64,000 bases of DNA from a virus. Taxonomy: Duplodnaviria > Heunggongvirae > Uroviricota > Caudoviricetes. The stretch is from IMG/VR virus record IMGVR_UViG_3300022660_000063, positions 1 through 64,000 of that record; one strand, given 5' to 3'. The position numbers and the translations under genes are program-made. The notes under the pieces were generated by a model. It saw only the letters and a program-made list of their open reading frames with translations, was not told the DNA's origin and ran no database searches. Positions 28,082 through 37,853 of this stretch are shown one piece after another. The stretch's first letter is position 1. Each line of letters opens with the position of its first letter.

Positions 28082-29236
28082 ATGCTTAAAACTATTCAAT
28101 TTATGAAGAGTCATGAAAATTGGAGAGAGTTGCTACAAGCTGCTCCTTATAATTTATTCATAAACGAAGATGAAAATTATGTATTATTAAAATATAATCA
28201 AATAAACTCAGATTTTAATGAAGATATATGCAGAGAATGTAGAGGTCTTATTATAGACAAAAATATTTTAGAGCCAGCAGCTTTATCTTTCTATAAATTT
28301 TTTAATGTCCAAGAAAGTTTTGCTGATAAGATAGACTGGGATAGTGCAAAAGTATTAGAAAAAGTAGATGGATCTAAGATGCTTGTGTGGTATGATGATT
28401 ACTTACATAAATGGAGGGTGTCTACTTCAAGTGAATTAGATGCAAGTAATGCTCCTGTTGGAGACTTTGGAATATCTTTTAGAGATTTATTTGACAGAGC
28501 TCTCTCAAATTATACTTTTCCAAACAATTCTTCTATGTTTGAATGCTTGAATAGATTATACTGCTATACATTTGAATTAGTAACTCCAGAATCTAGAGTA
28601 GTTGTTCCATATAGAAAAGATGCTTTATACTTGATTGGCGTAAGATGCAAATTCGCATTTGAAGAGTTAGATCCAAATTCTCTTGAGTTGAGTAAATTTA
28701 TTAAAACTCCAAAACAATTTCCTTTTCAAAATTTAAAAGAATGCTTGAATAGAGTAGAATATATGGGCTATGATGAAGAAGGATTTGTTGTAGTAGATAA
28801 ATATTGGAAAAGAATTAAGATTAAATCACCTGCATACGTAGCTGCACATTATTTAAAAAATAATGGAGTTAATTCAAGAGCAAAAATTCTTTCAATTATA
28901 GAAAAGAATGAGCAATCAGAATTTTTAGGACTATTCCCAGAATATACTGATTTATTTAATGAAATAGAAACTAAATATAAAGAAATGCAAAATAAAATAT
29001 ATGATGCTATTGATGATATGTTATTTAAAAGTAATACTTTCCTCTATGAAAATGAAAAAGAAAAACGAAAAGAACTAGCTAATTATATTTTAACTGAACA
29101 TAAAGACTTATCAGGGTTTCTATTTAAATATTTAGATATAGACCCAATAGAATATTTTATAAAGCAAGAATGGAAAGAATTATCTAAAGATAAGAAAATG
29201 AATTTATTAGGTTATAAATTAGAAAAAGAAGATTAA
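28082..29236 (+). CDS. RNA ligase 1 (T4 RnlA-like)
   Basis: 'ECRGLIID' (T4 ECRGIMF), 'KFFNVQES' (KFFNLNENP) and motif I 'EKVDGSKML' (TKEDGSLVS); GAGGAGG RBS then ATG 28082. Confidence 0.75.
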   Translation: MLKTIQFMKSHENWRELLQAAPYNLFINEDENYVLLKYNQINSDFNEDICRECRGLIIDKNILEPAALSFYKFFNVQESFADKIDWDSAKVLEKVDGSKMLVWYDDYLHKWRVSTSSELDASNAPVGDFGISFRDLFDRALSNYTFPNNSSMFECLNRLYCYTFELVTPESRVVVPYRKDALYLIGVRCKFAFEELDPNSLELSKFIKTPKQFPFQNLKECLNRVEYMGYDEEGFVVVDKYWKRIKIKSPAYVAAHYLKNNGVNSRAKILSIIEKNEQSEFLGLFPEYTDLFNEIETKYKEMQNKIYDAIDDMLFKSNTFLYENEKEKRKELANYILTEHKDLSGFLFKYLDIDPIEYFIKQEWKELSKDKKMNLLGYKLEKED

Positions 29237-29264
29237 AAATTTTAAAGTAAACTATGAAAATTAG

Positions 29265-29293
29265 TTTACTTTTTTATTATAATATTATATAAT
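29265..29293 (+). promoter_or_regulatory. promoter P6 (TTTACT, 17 bp, TATAAT) with inverted repeat GTAAACTA..TAGTTTAC
   Basis: tttact 29265-29270; tataat 29288-29293. Confidence 0.6.
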
Positions 29294-29321
29294 ATAAATA
29301 TAATTAAGTAGGAGATATAAT

Positions 29322-29750
29322 ATGTTTGAATATGCACCAGATATTAAAGTCGGAGATGTATTTACTAGAATTGATAAAAATGGTAAAGTTTGGAAAGCTG
29401 AAGTTATTAACAGAACAGAGTATTTTGTTGATGTTAAGAAAACTCAACAATACCAAATTAAAGTATGTGATGTTGAACCAATAAGACAAAGGAGATTTTA
29501 TAATAGTACTTGGCATTCTAAGGATGTTGGCGGTGTGTTTCATTATGAAGATGCTGAACCTACTTCTGAAAGGGCTCAAATAAATATTGAATATGAAGAG
29601 TATGAGACAGGTGAAATAGAAGAAAGTATATGGGGTACATATAAGAAAACCGCAAAAAGACCTACTGGTAAATATTTTATAGCTATTAAAGAAGATTATA
29701 GCAAATATTCACAATATGATAAATTATATTTTATAGATAAAAGGAGTTAA
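29322..29750 (+). CDS. hypothetical protein
   Basis: RBS present; 142 aa. Confidence 0.4.
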   Translation: MFEYAPDIKVGDVFTRIDKNGKVWKAEVINRTEYFVDVKKTQQYQIKVCDVEPIRQRRFYNSTWHSKDVGGVFHYEDAEPTSERAQINIEYEEYETGEIEESIWGTYKKTAKRPTGKYFIAIKEDYSKYSQYDKLYFIDKRS

Positions 29751-29751
29751 T

Positions 29752-30129
29752 ATGTTAAATAAAATTTGGAAAGTAAAAGGAAATGAGATCAACACAGTAG
29801 CAGAAGTTAAAGATGCTATATATGGTATCATTCTAGAGAATAAATTTGGATCTAGTGTTTATGATAAAGAATTAATTACCGGTTATAAATTCTCTTATTC
29901 AGATGAAGAGATATTTAATAAATTAAATGATTTAAAATTGAATTATAAAATATTTGCTTTAAAGGAAATAAAACGACCTGCAATATTCACAGAAGAGATA
30001 GATAATATCATAAATGATATCGTAATTGAGAATAAAGATGAATTAGAAGAGTATTCGATTACTGAAACAAATATGGATAATCTACTTAAAAAGTTAAAAG
30101 AAAAATTGGACATTAAATTAAAGGAGTAG
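29752..30129 (+). CDS. hypothetical protein
   Basis: RBS present; 125 aa. Confidence 0.4.
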   Translation: MLNKIWKVKGNEINTVAEVKDAIYGIILENKFGSSVYDKELITGYKFSYSDEEIFNKLNDLKLNYKIFALKEIKRPAIFTEEIDNIINDIVIENKDELEEYSITETNMDNLLKKLKEKLDIKLKE

Positions 30130-30134
30130 TAAAT

Positions 30135-32066
30135 ATGATAAATGAATTAAATGAAATATTTGAAGCATATTTAAAGGCTACTGGAAAAGATCCTACAGAT
30201 AATTCTATTAGGTTTGGTGTTGAAAGTGATGCTCTTTGCCATAAAGCAAAAAATTATTTAGATATAGATAATACTGGACTATTAAGTGTATTAACTATGA
30301 GAGAAGCTTACAAATCTTTTATTAAAGAACATTACTATACTATTGAAGAATTACTTGATGGTAATTGGTATGAAGAAAAGAAAAAATTTGTTCATGTTGA
30401 ATATTTATTGAATTCAGGTAAAGCCGGAGAAGTGTACCATAAATTCATAGATTTAATCATTAAACATGCTTCAGTGTTAGGTAAAAATTATACAGAAGAA
30501 GATATTGAATCTATTAAAAAGATAGAAAATATCATAACTAAAGCTATTGAAAAGTTTAATAATAAATATTCTTTTAAGCATGAGAAATTTAGTGAAGGTG
30601 AAATTAAAATAAATAAAAATGTAACAATACTCCCTAGATTATATAGATTTCAACATTTAAAATTATTTGTAGATAAAATGAAAAATGCAAGTGAAGATAA
30701 TTTTATATGTATGGCTTTGATAGATAGAACAAACGAAAAGATTGAAGATGAATACTATGATAATAACTTAGATTCTTTCTTTGCTTTTGGTTTTAAGAAT
30801 AATGGTGTCGTATGGGTAGTATCAGATAGGGTAACTTATGATAGTCCTGAAGGTGCTTTTAAGTCTAGAAACCCTGGCAGAGCTATGAGAGATAAGATAG
30901 ACTATGATTGGTTACCTTATTATAAATTAGATAAGATAAAGCAATCAAATGAGCATGTGAATCAAGTATTATTACCTTTTAATGATAACGCAAAAGAAAG
31001 TGGCTATAATATAGTTGATCTATTTGATGATGAAGGTGTTATATATTCTACTTTAATAATGACTTTAATTTACAACAAATATTTCTGCAATTCAATAGAA
31101 GAAAACTTTAATAGGAAATACTTCTCGTCTGAAGTAAAATTATTACCACTCAATGATTCTAAAGCTTTAGTATCTTCTAATGAGCTACAGTTGCCTATTC
31201 TTCCGAATAATATCAAAGCAGATACTTATATCTATGAAGGTAAATCATATTCAAATTCATTATTTGATTATTTAATTGATCAATACCCATTAAAAACAGA
31301 ATTACCTATATTAAAAAGTTTTATTGGAGATAAGGAAACAGCTGAAAAATATATCTGGTGGAATATCAGAAAACAACAAAAGGATCATATAGAAGCTTGT
31401 TTAAAAGAGCAAGATAACTATGAAGGGCGTAAAAAATTAGAAGACTGGCACCAAAATAATATTTCTAAAAATATTAAATCCATAGTTAAAATAATGATAG
31501 AAACACCTGATAGAGATGGGTTTAAAGATAACTATAAGAATAGTTATTCTAACAATAATCAAGATAATAGAAAAATGTTTTGGGAAGCATTTAGAGATAA
31601 TGACGATTTAAATACTTATAGTTTAAAAACTTTTGAAAATGAGCATAAACAATCTTTTGCTAGATATGATGGTTATACTGAAACTGACTATGGTAATATT
31701 TACTATAGTTTATATGGTACGAGAAATTATATTTGGTTTGCTAATGACAATGATAGAAAGTACTGTGAAATAGAATTAATATTAAGAAGCCATAGCGATT
31801 TAGAAAAATTTTTTAATATAACAAATGAAGAAATACCTCAGGTACTGAGAAAACATTTTTATTCTAGATCTAGTGCATGTACATTATATTCATGGAAACC
31901 TTATACTGGAAATAGTATTTTAGAATTTACTGATCCAATGAATGAGATAAAAGATCCATTTGAAGATTTTGGGTGTCATATAAGTATAGTATTATCTAAA
32001 TCAAAATTAAAAGAGTTAAAAAGAAAAATTCAGATAAAAGCTCATGAAATTAATTTACTTTTATAA
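30135..32066 (+). CDS. large hypothetical protein (643 aa)
   Basis: Long ORF with RBS; no motif recognised. Confidence 0.45.
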   Translation: MINELNEIFEAYLKATGKDPTDNSIRFGVESDALCHKAKNYLDIDNTGLLSVLTMREAYKSFIKEHYYTIEELLDGNWYEEKKKFVHVEYLLNSGKAGEVYHKFIDLIIKHASVLGKNYTEEDIESIKKIENIITKAIEKFNNKYSFKHEKFSEGEIKINKNVTILPRLYRFQHLKLFVDKMKNASEDNFICMALIDRTNEKIEDEYYDNNLDSFFAFGFKNNGVVWVVSDRVTYDSPEGAFKSRNPGRAMRDKIDYDWLPYYKLDKIKQSNEHVNQVLLPFNDNAKESGYNIVDLFDDEGVIYSTLIMTLIYNKYFCNSIEENFNRKYFSSEVKLLPLNDSKALVSSNELQLPILPNNIKADTYIYEGKSYSNSLFDYLIDQYPLKTELPILKSFIGDKETAEKYIWWNIRKQQKDHIEACLKEQDNYEGRKKLEDWHQNNISKNIKSIVKIMIETPDRDGFKDNYKNSYSNNNQDNRKMFWEAFRDNDDLNTYSLKTFENEHKQSFARYDGYTETDYGNIYYSLYGTRNYIWFANDNDRKYCEIELILRSHSDLEKFFNITNEEIPQVLRKHFYSRSSACTLYSWKPYTGNSILEFTDPMNEIKDPFEDFGCHISIVLSKSKLKELKRKIQIKAHEINLLL

Positions 32067-32110
32067 GTAATTATTGTATAATATAAATAATTAATAAGGA
32101 GATTATAAAA

Positions 32111-32581
32111 ATGGATAAAGAATTCGAAAAACAGTTAGAGGATTTTTATCAAGGTTATAGGGATAGAGCCAACTGGCCTTTGTGCGATGGGATACGGGTT
32201 GACGACCTTGCAAGAGACACCGCCAAATTTTTTAAAAAATTTAAAAGCGTGCAATTTACTAATACTAAAGATGAGCAAATTAAAAGAAGAATTGCTATCT
32301 ATGAAAAACAATTTATTGAGCAAACCAATGAGAATTACGAACTCAAACAACAACTTGCAGAGAAAGAAAAAGAGTTTAATTGGCTACATCAAAAGTTTGC
32401 AAAATTTGTAGAAAGCAACCAAGATAAAATCTCATTCGCAGTAGAGCGAATTAAAAATTTAAAATCGTTGATATTAAATAGCTGGCGAAAGAATTATTGT
32501 AACTTATTTTTAGACGATATTGAAGAAATAATCGACAACCAAGTAGAACAACTCAAAAAGGAGATGATGAAAAGTGAGTAA
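32111..32581 (+). CDS. coiled-coil hypothetical protein
   Basis: Heptad-rich; RBS present. Confidence 0.4.
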   Translation: MDKEFEKQLEDFYQGYRDRANWPLCDGIRVDDLARDTAKFFKKFKSVQFTNTKDEQIKRRIAIYEKQFIEQTNENYELKQQLAEKEKEFNWLHQKFAKFVESNQDKISFAVERIKNLKSLILNSWRKNYCNLFLDDIEEIIDNQVEQLKKEMMKSE

Positions 32582-33062
32582 ATGTGTTAAATGCGGAAAT
32601 GAAATTTTAACAGGAGATATCCATTGGGAAATGGGCTTATGTAACAACTGTTATAATGAATTATATAAAGACCATAAAACTCATATTAGTTTGGATAATA
32701 TGTGGTTGAAACTTGCTCAAGATTTTAGAGATGAGAACGAAAAATTGCAAGACAAGGTAACCGACCTAGAAGCAAAACTAGTATTGAAATCTTCATTTAG
32801 TAAGTTTACATTATCTGACGAGTTATATAAATTATATATAAATTTGGAAAGAGAATATACAAAATCAAGCCAAGAAATTGCTGAGAGAGGTAAAGAAATT
32901 GAAAAATTAAGAGTTATGTTAGATACCTCTTTAACAAAACTCCATAAAGCAAGGAGGAAAATAAATAGAGTATTATTGAAAATAGCTAAATTTGAAGCCG
33001 AATTAGATAATTATACTATACAAAATGAAACTTTCTTAAAGAGAGGCAATCAGCATGAATAA
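32574..33062 (+). CDS. zinc-ribbon plus coiled-coil hypothetical protein (GTG start)
   Basis: CVKCGN...CNNC. Confidence 0.35.
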   Translation: MSKCVKCGNEILTGDIHWEMGLCNNCYNELYKDHKTHISLDNMWLKLAQDFRDENEKLQDKVTDLEAKLVLKSSFSKFTLSDELYKLYINLEREYTKSSQEIAERGKEIEKLRVMLDTSLTKLHKARRKINRVLLKIAKFEAELDNYTIQNETFLKRGNQHE

Positions 33063-34035
33063 AGATATAAAAATAATAGGATTAGACATAGCAGAAGATA
33101 GGTTACCTAAACTGGTTGTGATGTGTGGTTTGCAAGGTTCCGGTAAATCAACTATTGCAGAAGAATTGAGTTTGAAATATAACATGATTGTATTATCTAG
33201 TGATAAATTAAGAAAAGAATTTCCAGATGAGAACAATGAATTTATTTTTAGACGCTTATATAATCAAGCAAATATAGCTTTGAAACAAGGATTAAATGTT
33301 ATCCTAGATGCAACTAATATTACAATTAAATCTAGAAAACAAATATTTTTAAATATAAAAGAACCTTGTAAAAAGATTTGTTACATAGTAAACACGCCTT
33401 ATGAAGTATGTATAGAAAGAGTTAAAAAAAGAAATGAAGATATAAATTCTCATCAAGTTCCATTAGAAGTGGTTAGAAGATATTTAGAATCTTTTGAAGT
33501 ACCTTTTTATGAAGAAGGATGGGACAACATATTACTGTATAATATTATAGGGCATAATGAGTCTGTAGAAAATTTTAATAATATGATGAAATCTGCATTT
33601 GGATTTGACCAACATAATAAACATCATACTCAATTATTACATGAACATTTAGAATCGGTTGCTAATCAATTATATGATATAGATAATGTTTTATATGAAG
33701 CAGGATTATTACATGATATAGGCAAACTTGATACGCAGACATATAAAGAAAATGACCCTAATGCACATTACTATAATCATGCCAATGTTGGTGCTTATAA
33801 AGTATTATGTAATTATATGTCTTGGTATATGATAGAACAATTAGGAGAAGATTATCCTAAATATGATACTACATTAGATATAGTATTTTACATAAATTAT
33901 CATATGCATATGTATAATATTAAAACTGAAAAATCTGAAAGGAAGTGGAGACAAGTATTTGGGGATATAAAATTTAATAATTTAAAATTGTTAAATGAAG
34001 CTGACCAATTTAATCATAGTAAGGAGATAAAATAA
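33055..34035 (+). CDS. polynucleotide 5'-kinase (T4 Pnk-like P-loop) fused to an HD phosphohydrolase domain
   Basis: Walker A 'MCGLQGSGKST' and 'ILDATNITIKSRKQ' (Pnk-like); C-terminal 'HHTQLLHEHL....GLLHDIGKL....YNHANVGAY' HD motifs. Confidence 0.75.
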   Translation: MNKDIKIIGLDIAEDRLPKLVVMCGLQGSGKSTIAEELSLKYNMIVLSSDKLRKEFPDENNEFIFRRLYNQANIALKQGLNVILDATNITIKSRKQIFLNIKEPCKKICYIVNTPYEVCIERVKKRNEDINSHQVPLEVVRRYLESFEVPFYEEGWDNILLYNIIGHNESVENFNNMMKSAFGFDQHNKHHTQLLHEHLESVANQLYDIDNVLYEAGLLHDIGKLDTQTYKENDPNAHYYNHANVGAYKVLCNYMSWYMIEQLGEDYPKYDTTLDIVFYINYHMHMYNIKTEKSERKWRQVFGDIKFNNLKLLNEADQFNHSKEIK

Positions 34036-34703
34036 TGACAGATTTGGAAATGAAGAAATTAGCAGAATGTACAAGAGAAGAATTAATTGATATAATTATC
34101 AGTATGGATAAACAATTAGAATCAAATAATTCTTTAAAAGAAAGTATTGCAAGAGGAATTAAAGAAGGTTTAACACCACCTAATACTTTAGATATAAAAG
34201 ATGGGCAAATTTATGTGAAAAGCAATAATGATTGGTCTTTCCAAGATTGTAGTTATGCAGTCACTTCTCAATTAGATGAATTTAAAAGACTTGCAAAAGA
34301 AGCTCAAGAAATAAATAAAGAAATAGATTTTGTTATTAAAGATAAATTTTTAAATTATAAATTTATTAGCGGTAAAGATGATAGATTTAAAATAGGTAAG
34401 TTAGAAGTCTTAGACCCATTTAATGTAACTGACACAGAAATTAATGCACGAAAAGAAACATTAAAAAATTTAAAGTTATTAATGTCTGCTTACAAATTAG
34501 GTTTTGATGATTTTGCAAAAAATAACTATTTTATTGCTTATACTCATTTCAAAGAAATAATAAAAGAATCTAAATTAAAAGAGAAACATAAAGAAGATAT
34601 TTTGAATAAAGCTTGGAAAGATTATGCTAATTATTGGGATCTTTATAATACGCCTATATATGTAAATATTGATACCACAAAAGAGGGTTCTGTGAATGAA
34701 TAA
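34035..34703 (+). CDS. hypothetical protein
   Basis: 222 aa with RBS. Confidence 0.4.
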   Translation: MTDLEMKKLAECTREELIDIIISMDKQLESNNSLKESIARGIKEGLTPPNTLDIKDGQIYVKSNNDWSFQDCSYAVTSQLDEFKRLAKEAQEINKEIDFVIKDKFLNYKFISGKDDRFKIGKLEVLDPFNVTDTEINARKETLKNLKLLMSAYKLGFDDFAKNNYFIAYTHFKEIIKESKLKEKHKEDILNKAWKDYANYWDLYNTPIYVNIDTTKEGSVNE

Positions 34704-34929
34704 AGACCAAGAATTGCTAATGAAGATAATGTTTGATAAACAACTTTCAAAAAGAGATGATAAAACTATTTTAGAAAGCATTAAAACTGAGATAAAATCA
34801 GAAGAATTAAAATTAGAAGATACTTCGTACAATTCTGCTTTTTCAGCTGGTTGGATACTCGGTTCTATCCATACATATCATAAAGTAGAAGAAATATTGG
34901 ATAAATGATTGAAAGGTTTATAAAAAGAT
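34696..34929 (+). CDS. hypothetical small protein; TGA at 34906 readable as Trp, extending 7 codons
   Basis: ORF continues ...DKW LKGL then TAA. Confidence 0.35.
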
Positions 34930-35075
34930 ATAAAATTTTTAAAAAGGAATTAATTATGATAGAAGGGTTACTAATTCTTATAGCGACATTATTATTTTTT
35001 TTAGTTGCGATTATTTTAGTAAAATATTAACTAAGGAATTAATATTATTAAAAATAACAAGGAGAAATTAATAAA

Positions 35076-35630
35076 ATGAATCAAAAAATTAGAAATAATA
35101 CATTCGAAACAAATAGTTCATCTATTCATAGCTTAGCAATTTGCAAAACGGATAAAACAGATACCCAGTTTGAATTATTAGCTTCAGAATATGAAGTAAA
35201 TATTCCATTGGAAAATTTTGATTATGATATGATACTAGATGAGCCTTATGATATATTATCATATTTATATAGTTACTCGGTAGTATCTAAATATTGGAAG
35301 CTATATGATCTAATTATCAAAACTTTTCCAAATTGCATTTTTGAAAAACCTAGATATGATTTGCCTTGGAATAGTAAAAAAGGTTATTGTAATGATAGAT
35401 CTATAATAAGTTTTTGTGATGTTATAAATTGTCATATGGCACCATTATTAGAAAAAAATGCGCAAGAATATATTTTAGATCATCTTGCAAAAGTTGTTTT
35501 TTCAAGTAAAATATGTATAATGAGAGATCTAAATTTTGGTAATTATATAGATGAAAGAGATGATATAATTGACAAAGAAAAATATAAAAAAGAAAATTTT
35601 GAAATAATATTTGATGAAGAAGAATTTTAA
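35076..35630 (+). CDS. member D (184 aa) of the 'MKQxIRNxTFETNSSSxHSL' family
   Basis: N-terminus MNQKIRNNTFETNSSSIHSL. Confidence 0.5.
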   Translation: MNQKIRNNTFETNSSSIHSLAICKTDKTDTQFELLASEYEVNIPLENFDYDMILDEPYDILSYLYSYSVVSKYWKLYDLIIKTFPNCIFEKPRYDLPWNSKKGYCNDRSIISFCDVINCHMAPLLEKNAQEYILDHLAKVVFSSKICIMRDLNFGNYIDERDDIIDKEKYKKENFEIIFDEEEF

Positions 35631-35658
35631 ATAATTCTTCTTTTTTAATGAAATTTAG

Positions 35659-35687
35659 TTTACTTTTTATTTTGTATAATATATAAT
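35659..35687 (+). promoter_or_regulatory. promoter P7 (TTTACT, 17 bp, TATAAT)
   Basis: tttact 35659-35664; tataat 35682-35687 (an extended -10 TGTATAAT also lies at 35673-35680). Confidence 0.55.
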
Positions 35688-35711
35688 ATGGATGATTAAA
35701 TAGGAGGTATT

Positions 35712-35921
35712 ATGGTAGTTACATGCAAAGTAATTAGTCTATTCAAGACAAGCAAAGAAGATAGAATGTTTATACCAGAGAAAGATTTTAGTTTTGAAGA
35801 CTTGATTAGATGGGTTTATAGGAATTGCCCAGGAGAAAGAAAGATAATAATTGAAGATAATTGTGTTCAAGCGCATTATGAAGAGCGTGTGGAACTGTAT
35901 TATATAAGAGAAGGAGAATAA
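35712..35921 (+). CDS. hypothetical small protein
   Basis: AGGAGG RBS; 69 aa. Confidence 0.4.
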   Translation: MVVTCKVISLFKTSKEDRMFIPEKDFSFEDLIRWVYRNCPGERKIIIEDNCVQAHYEERVELYYIREGE

Positions 35922-35922
35922 T

Positions 35923-36951
35923 ATGTTTAAAGATGTAATAGAAGAATTAGGATTAACTGAAGAACAACTTAAAGACAAAGAAATTTGTAATTTTGCTATG
36001 CAATATGCATATAGAAAACAACAAGGAGATTGGATTCAATTTAAAAATGGAAATGGTATCTGCGAGATAAATAGAAAAGATGGAACACAAATAACTACTG
36101 TTTTATCAGATGAAGAATTTAAAGCAGATTTTCCACTTAATTGTGATATGTCTATATCTGAAAGATGTAACATGGGTTGTAAATTCTGTTATTTGGAGTG
36201 TACACCAAATGGTAAAGAAGCTAACATTAAAAAATTTATTGAAGATAAAAATAGTTTCTTATACTCTTTGCACCCTGGCACTGAATTGGCAATTAATGGT
36301 AATGAACCTTTACATGAAGATTTAGATTTATTATTAGAATTTTGTAAAGAAAGAGACATACTTGCAAATTTAACTGTTAATGAAATTACTTTGATGAGAA
36401 ATAAAGAAATTATCGAGAAATGGTTAGATGATAGTTATATTCATGGTATTGGTGTTAGTCCATCTACTTACACACAAAATATGATTGATTGGTGTAAAGA
36501 ACATTCAACATCTGTTATTCATACTATTGCAGGTATAACCACAGCAGAGCAATATAACCAATTGAAAGACCAGGGTTTAAAGATACTTATTTTAGGGTAT
36601 AAAGAATTTGGTAGAGGTGTAGATTACAATTTATTTTTAGGAGACAAAGTTTCTAAAAATATCAAATGGTTAAAAGAAAATATATTAGATTTAACTGAAC
36701 ATTTTGAAGTAACATCTTTTGATAACTTAGCTATCGAACAACTTGAGATGAAAGGGAAATTAAGTGAGAAAACATGGTCATCTTTTTATAGAGGAGATGA
36801 AGGTTCACATACAATGTATATAGATTTAGTTAATGAAACTTTTGCTAAAAATAGCATTCAATCAAGAAGTAATCATTATAAATTAAAAAATAATATAAAT
36901 GAGATGCTTGAAATCGTTCAATGCCCTGAATTAAATCAAATTTGGAGATAA
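35923..36951 (+). CDS. radical SAM domain protein
   Basis: 'CNMGCKFCYLEC' CxxxCxxC cluster about 85 aa from the N-terminus; 342 aa. Confidence 0.65.
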   Translation: MFKDVIEELGLTEEQLKDKEICNFAMQYAYRKQQGDWIQFKNGNGICEINRKDGTQITTVLSDEEFKADFPLNCDMSISERCNMGCKFCYLECTPNGKEANIKKFIEDKNSFLYSLHPGTELAINGNEPLHEDLDLLLEFCKERDILANLTVNEITLMRNKEIIEKWLDDSYIHGIGVSPSTYTQNMIDWCKEHSTSVIHTIAGITTAEQYNQLKDQGLKILILGYKEFGRGVDYNLFLGDKVSKNIKWLKENILDLTEHFEVTSFDNLAIEQLEMKGKLSEKTWSSFYRGDEGSHTMYIDLVNETFAKNSIQSRSNHYKLKNNINEMLEIVQCPELNQIWR

Positions 36952-36952
36952 T

Positions 36953-37414
36953 ATGACTATATATGAAATTCGCGATGATAAGAAGTATTACAAAAATAAT
37001 AAACATGTTAGCAAAAAATCTGTTTTAGAAGCATTAAAACCATATCAATTAGCCAAATTAAATGAAAATAAAATTTGTAAAGTTAGAGATAAACAAGAGC
37101 AGCTTGTCTCACAACAGAAAACATATCAAGATTCAATCAAACAGCCTAATATTAATAAATTTACTGTAAATGAATTAAAACCTAGAGAATTAAAGATTAT
37201 TGAAAAAGTAAAATCTAAATATAAAGTAGAGAGGATATTTTACATAAGAAAGGGATATCAAGATGAGTTATGGAGAAAGAATCCAAAAGGATATTGGAAC
37301 TTTGTTTGCATACTATCTAATACTCTAGAACTAACAGTTAATAAGGCGATTCTAGAAGATATAAAAATGCAGAAAAAAGAAGCGTCTAAAATTAATAAAG
37401 AAAGTGCATTCTAG
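36953..37414 (+). CDS. hypothetical basic protein
   Basis: 153 aa. Confidence 0.4.
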   Translation: MTIYEIRDDKKYYKNNKHVSKKSVLEALKPYQLAKLNENKICKVRDKQEQLVSQQKTYQDSIKQPNINKFTVNELKPRELKIIEKVKSKYKVERIFYIRKGYQDELWRKNPKGYWNFVCILSNTLELTVNKAILEDIKMQKKEASKINKESAF

Positions 37415-37426
37415 GAGATTTATTGT

Positions 37427-37750
37427 ATGATTACATATTTTAACAAAACTTTTAAGCAGTTCACTGTTGGTGATAAGATTGATGTAAGTATTATCGCTTA
37501 TGAGATATCTGAGGAAGATATGATTAAATTAAGTCAAGAACAATCTATAAGTTATGAGCCATTGAAAATAGGATTAATTGCTAAAGAATGTGATAATCTG
37601 ATTGACTTAGCAGTAGATAATATTGAGGATGGAAGAATAATTGAGGGTGGTTTGACATCAGAGGGTAAATTTATGTTAAATCAGTATATAGTACACAAAG
37701 GCTTAAATGAATTTTTAAAGATGAAACAGCTAGGAGGGTCTAATGAATAA
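37427..37750 (+). CDS. hypothetical protein
   Basis: 107 aa with RBS. Confidence 0.4.
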   Translation: MITYFNKTFKQFTVGDKIDVSIIAYEISEEDMIKLSQEQSISYEPLKIGLIAKECDNLIDLAVDNIEDGRIIEGGLTSEGKFMLNQYIVHKGLNEFLKMKQLGGSNE

Positions 37751-37853
37751 AGAAGAATTATTAGCAATGAGTGATATATCAATATTTTACTAGTATCTTG
37801 CATTAGGAAATGTAATTACATTTAATAATGGTCTTGCAGATTTTGAATTAACT

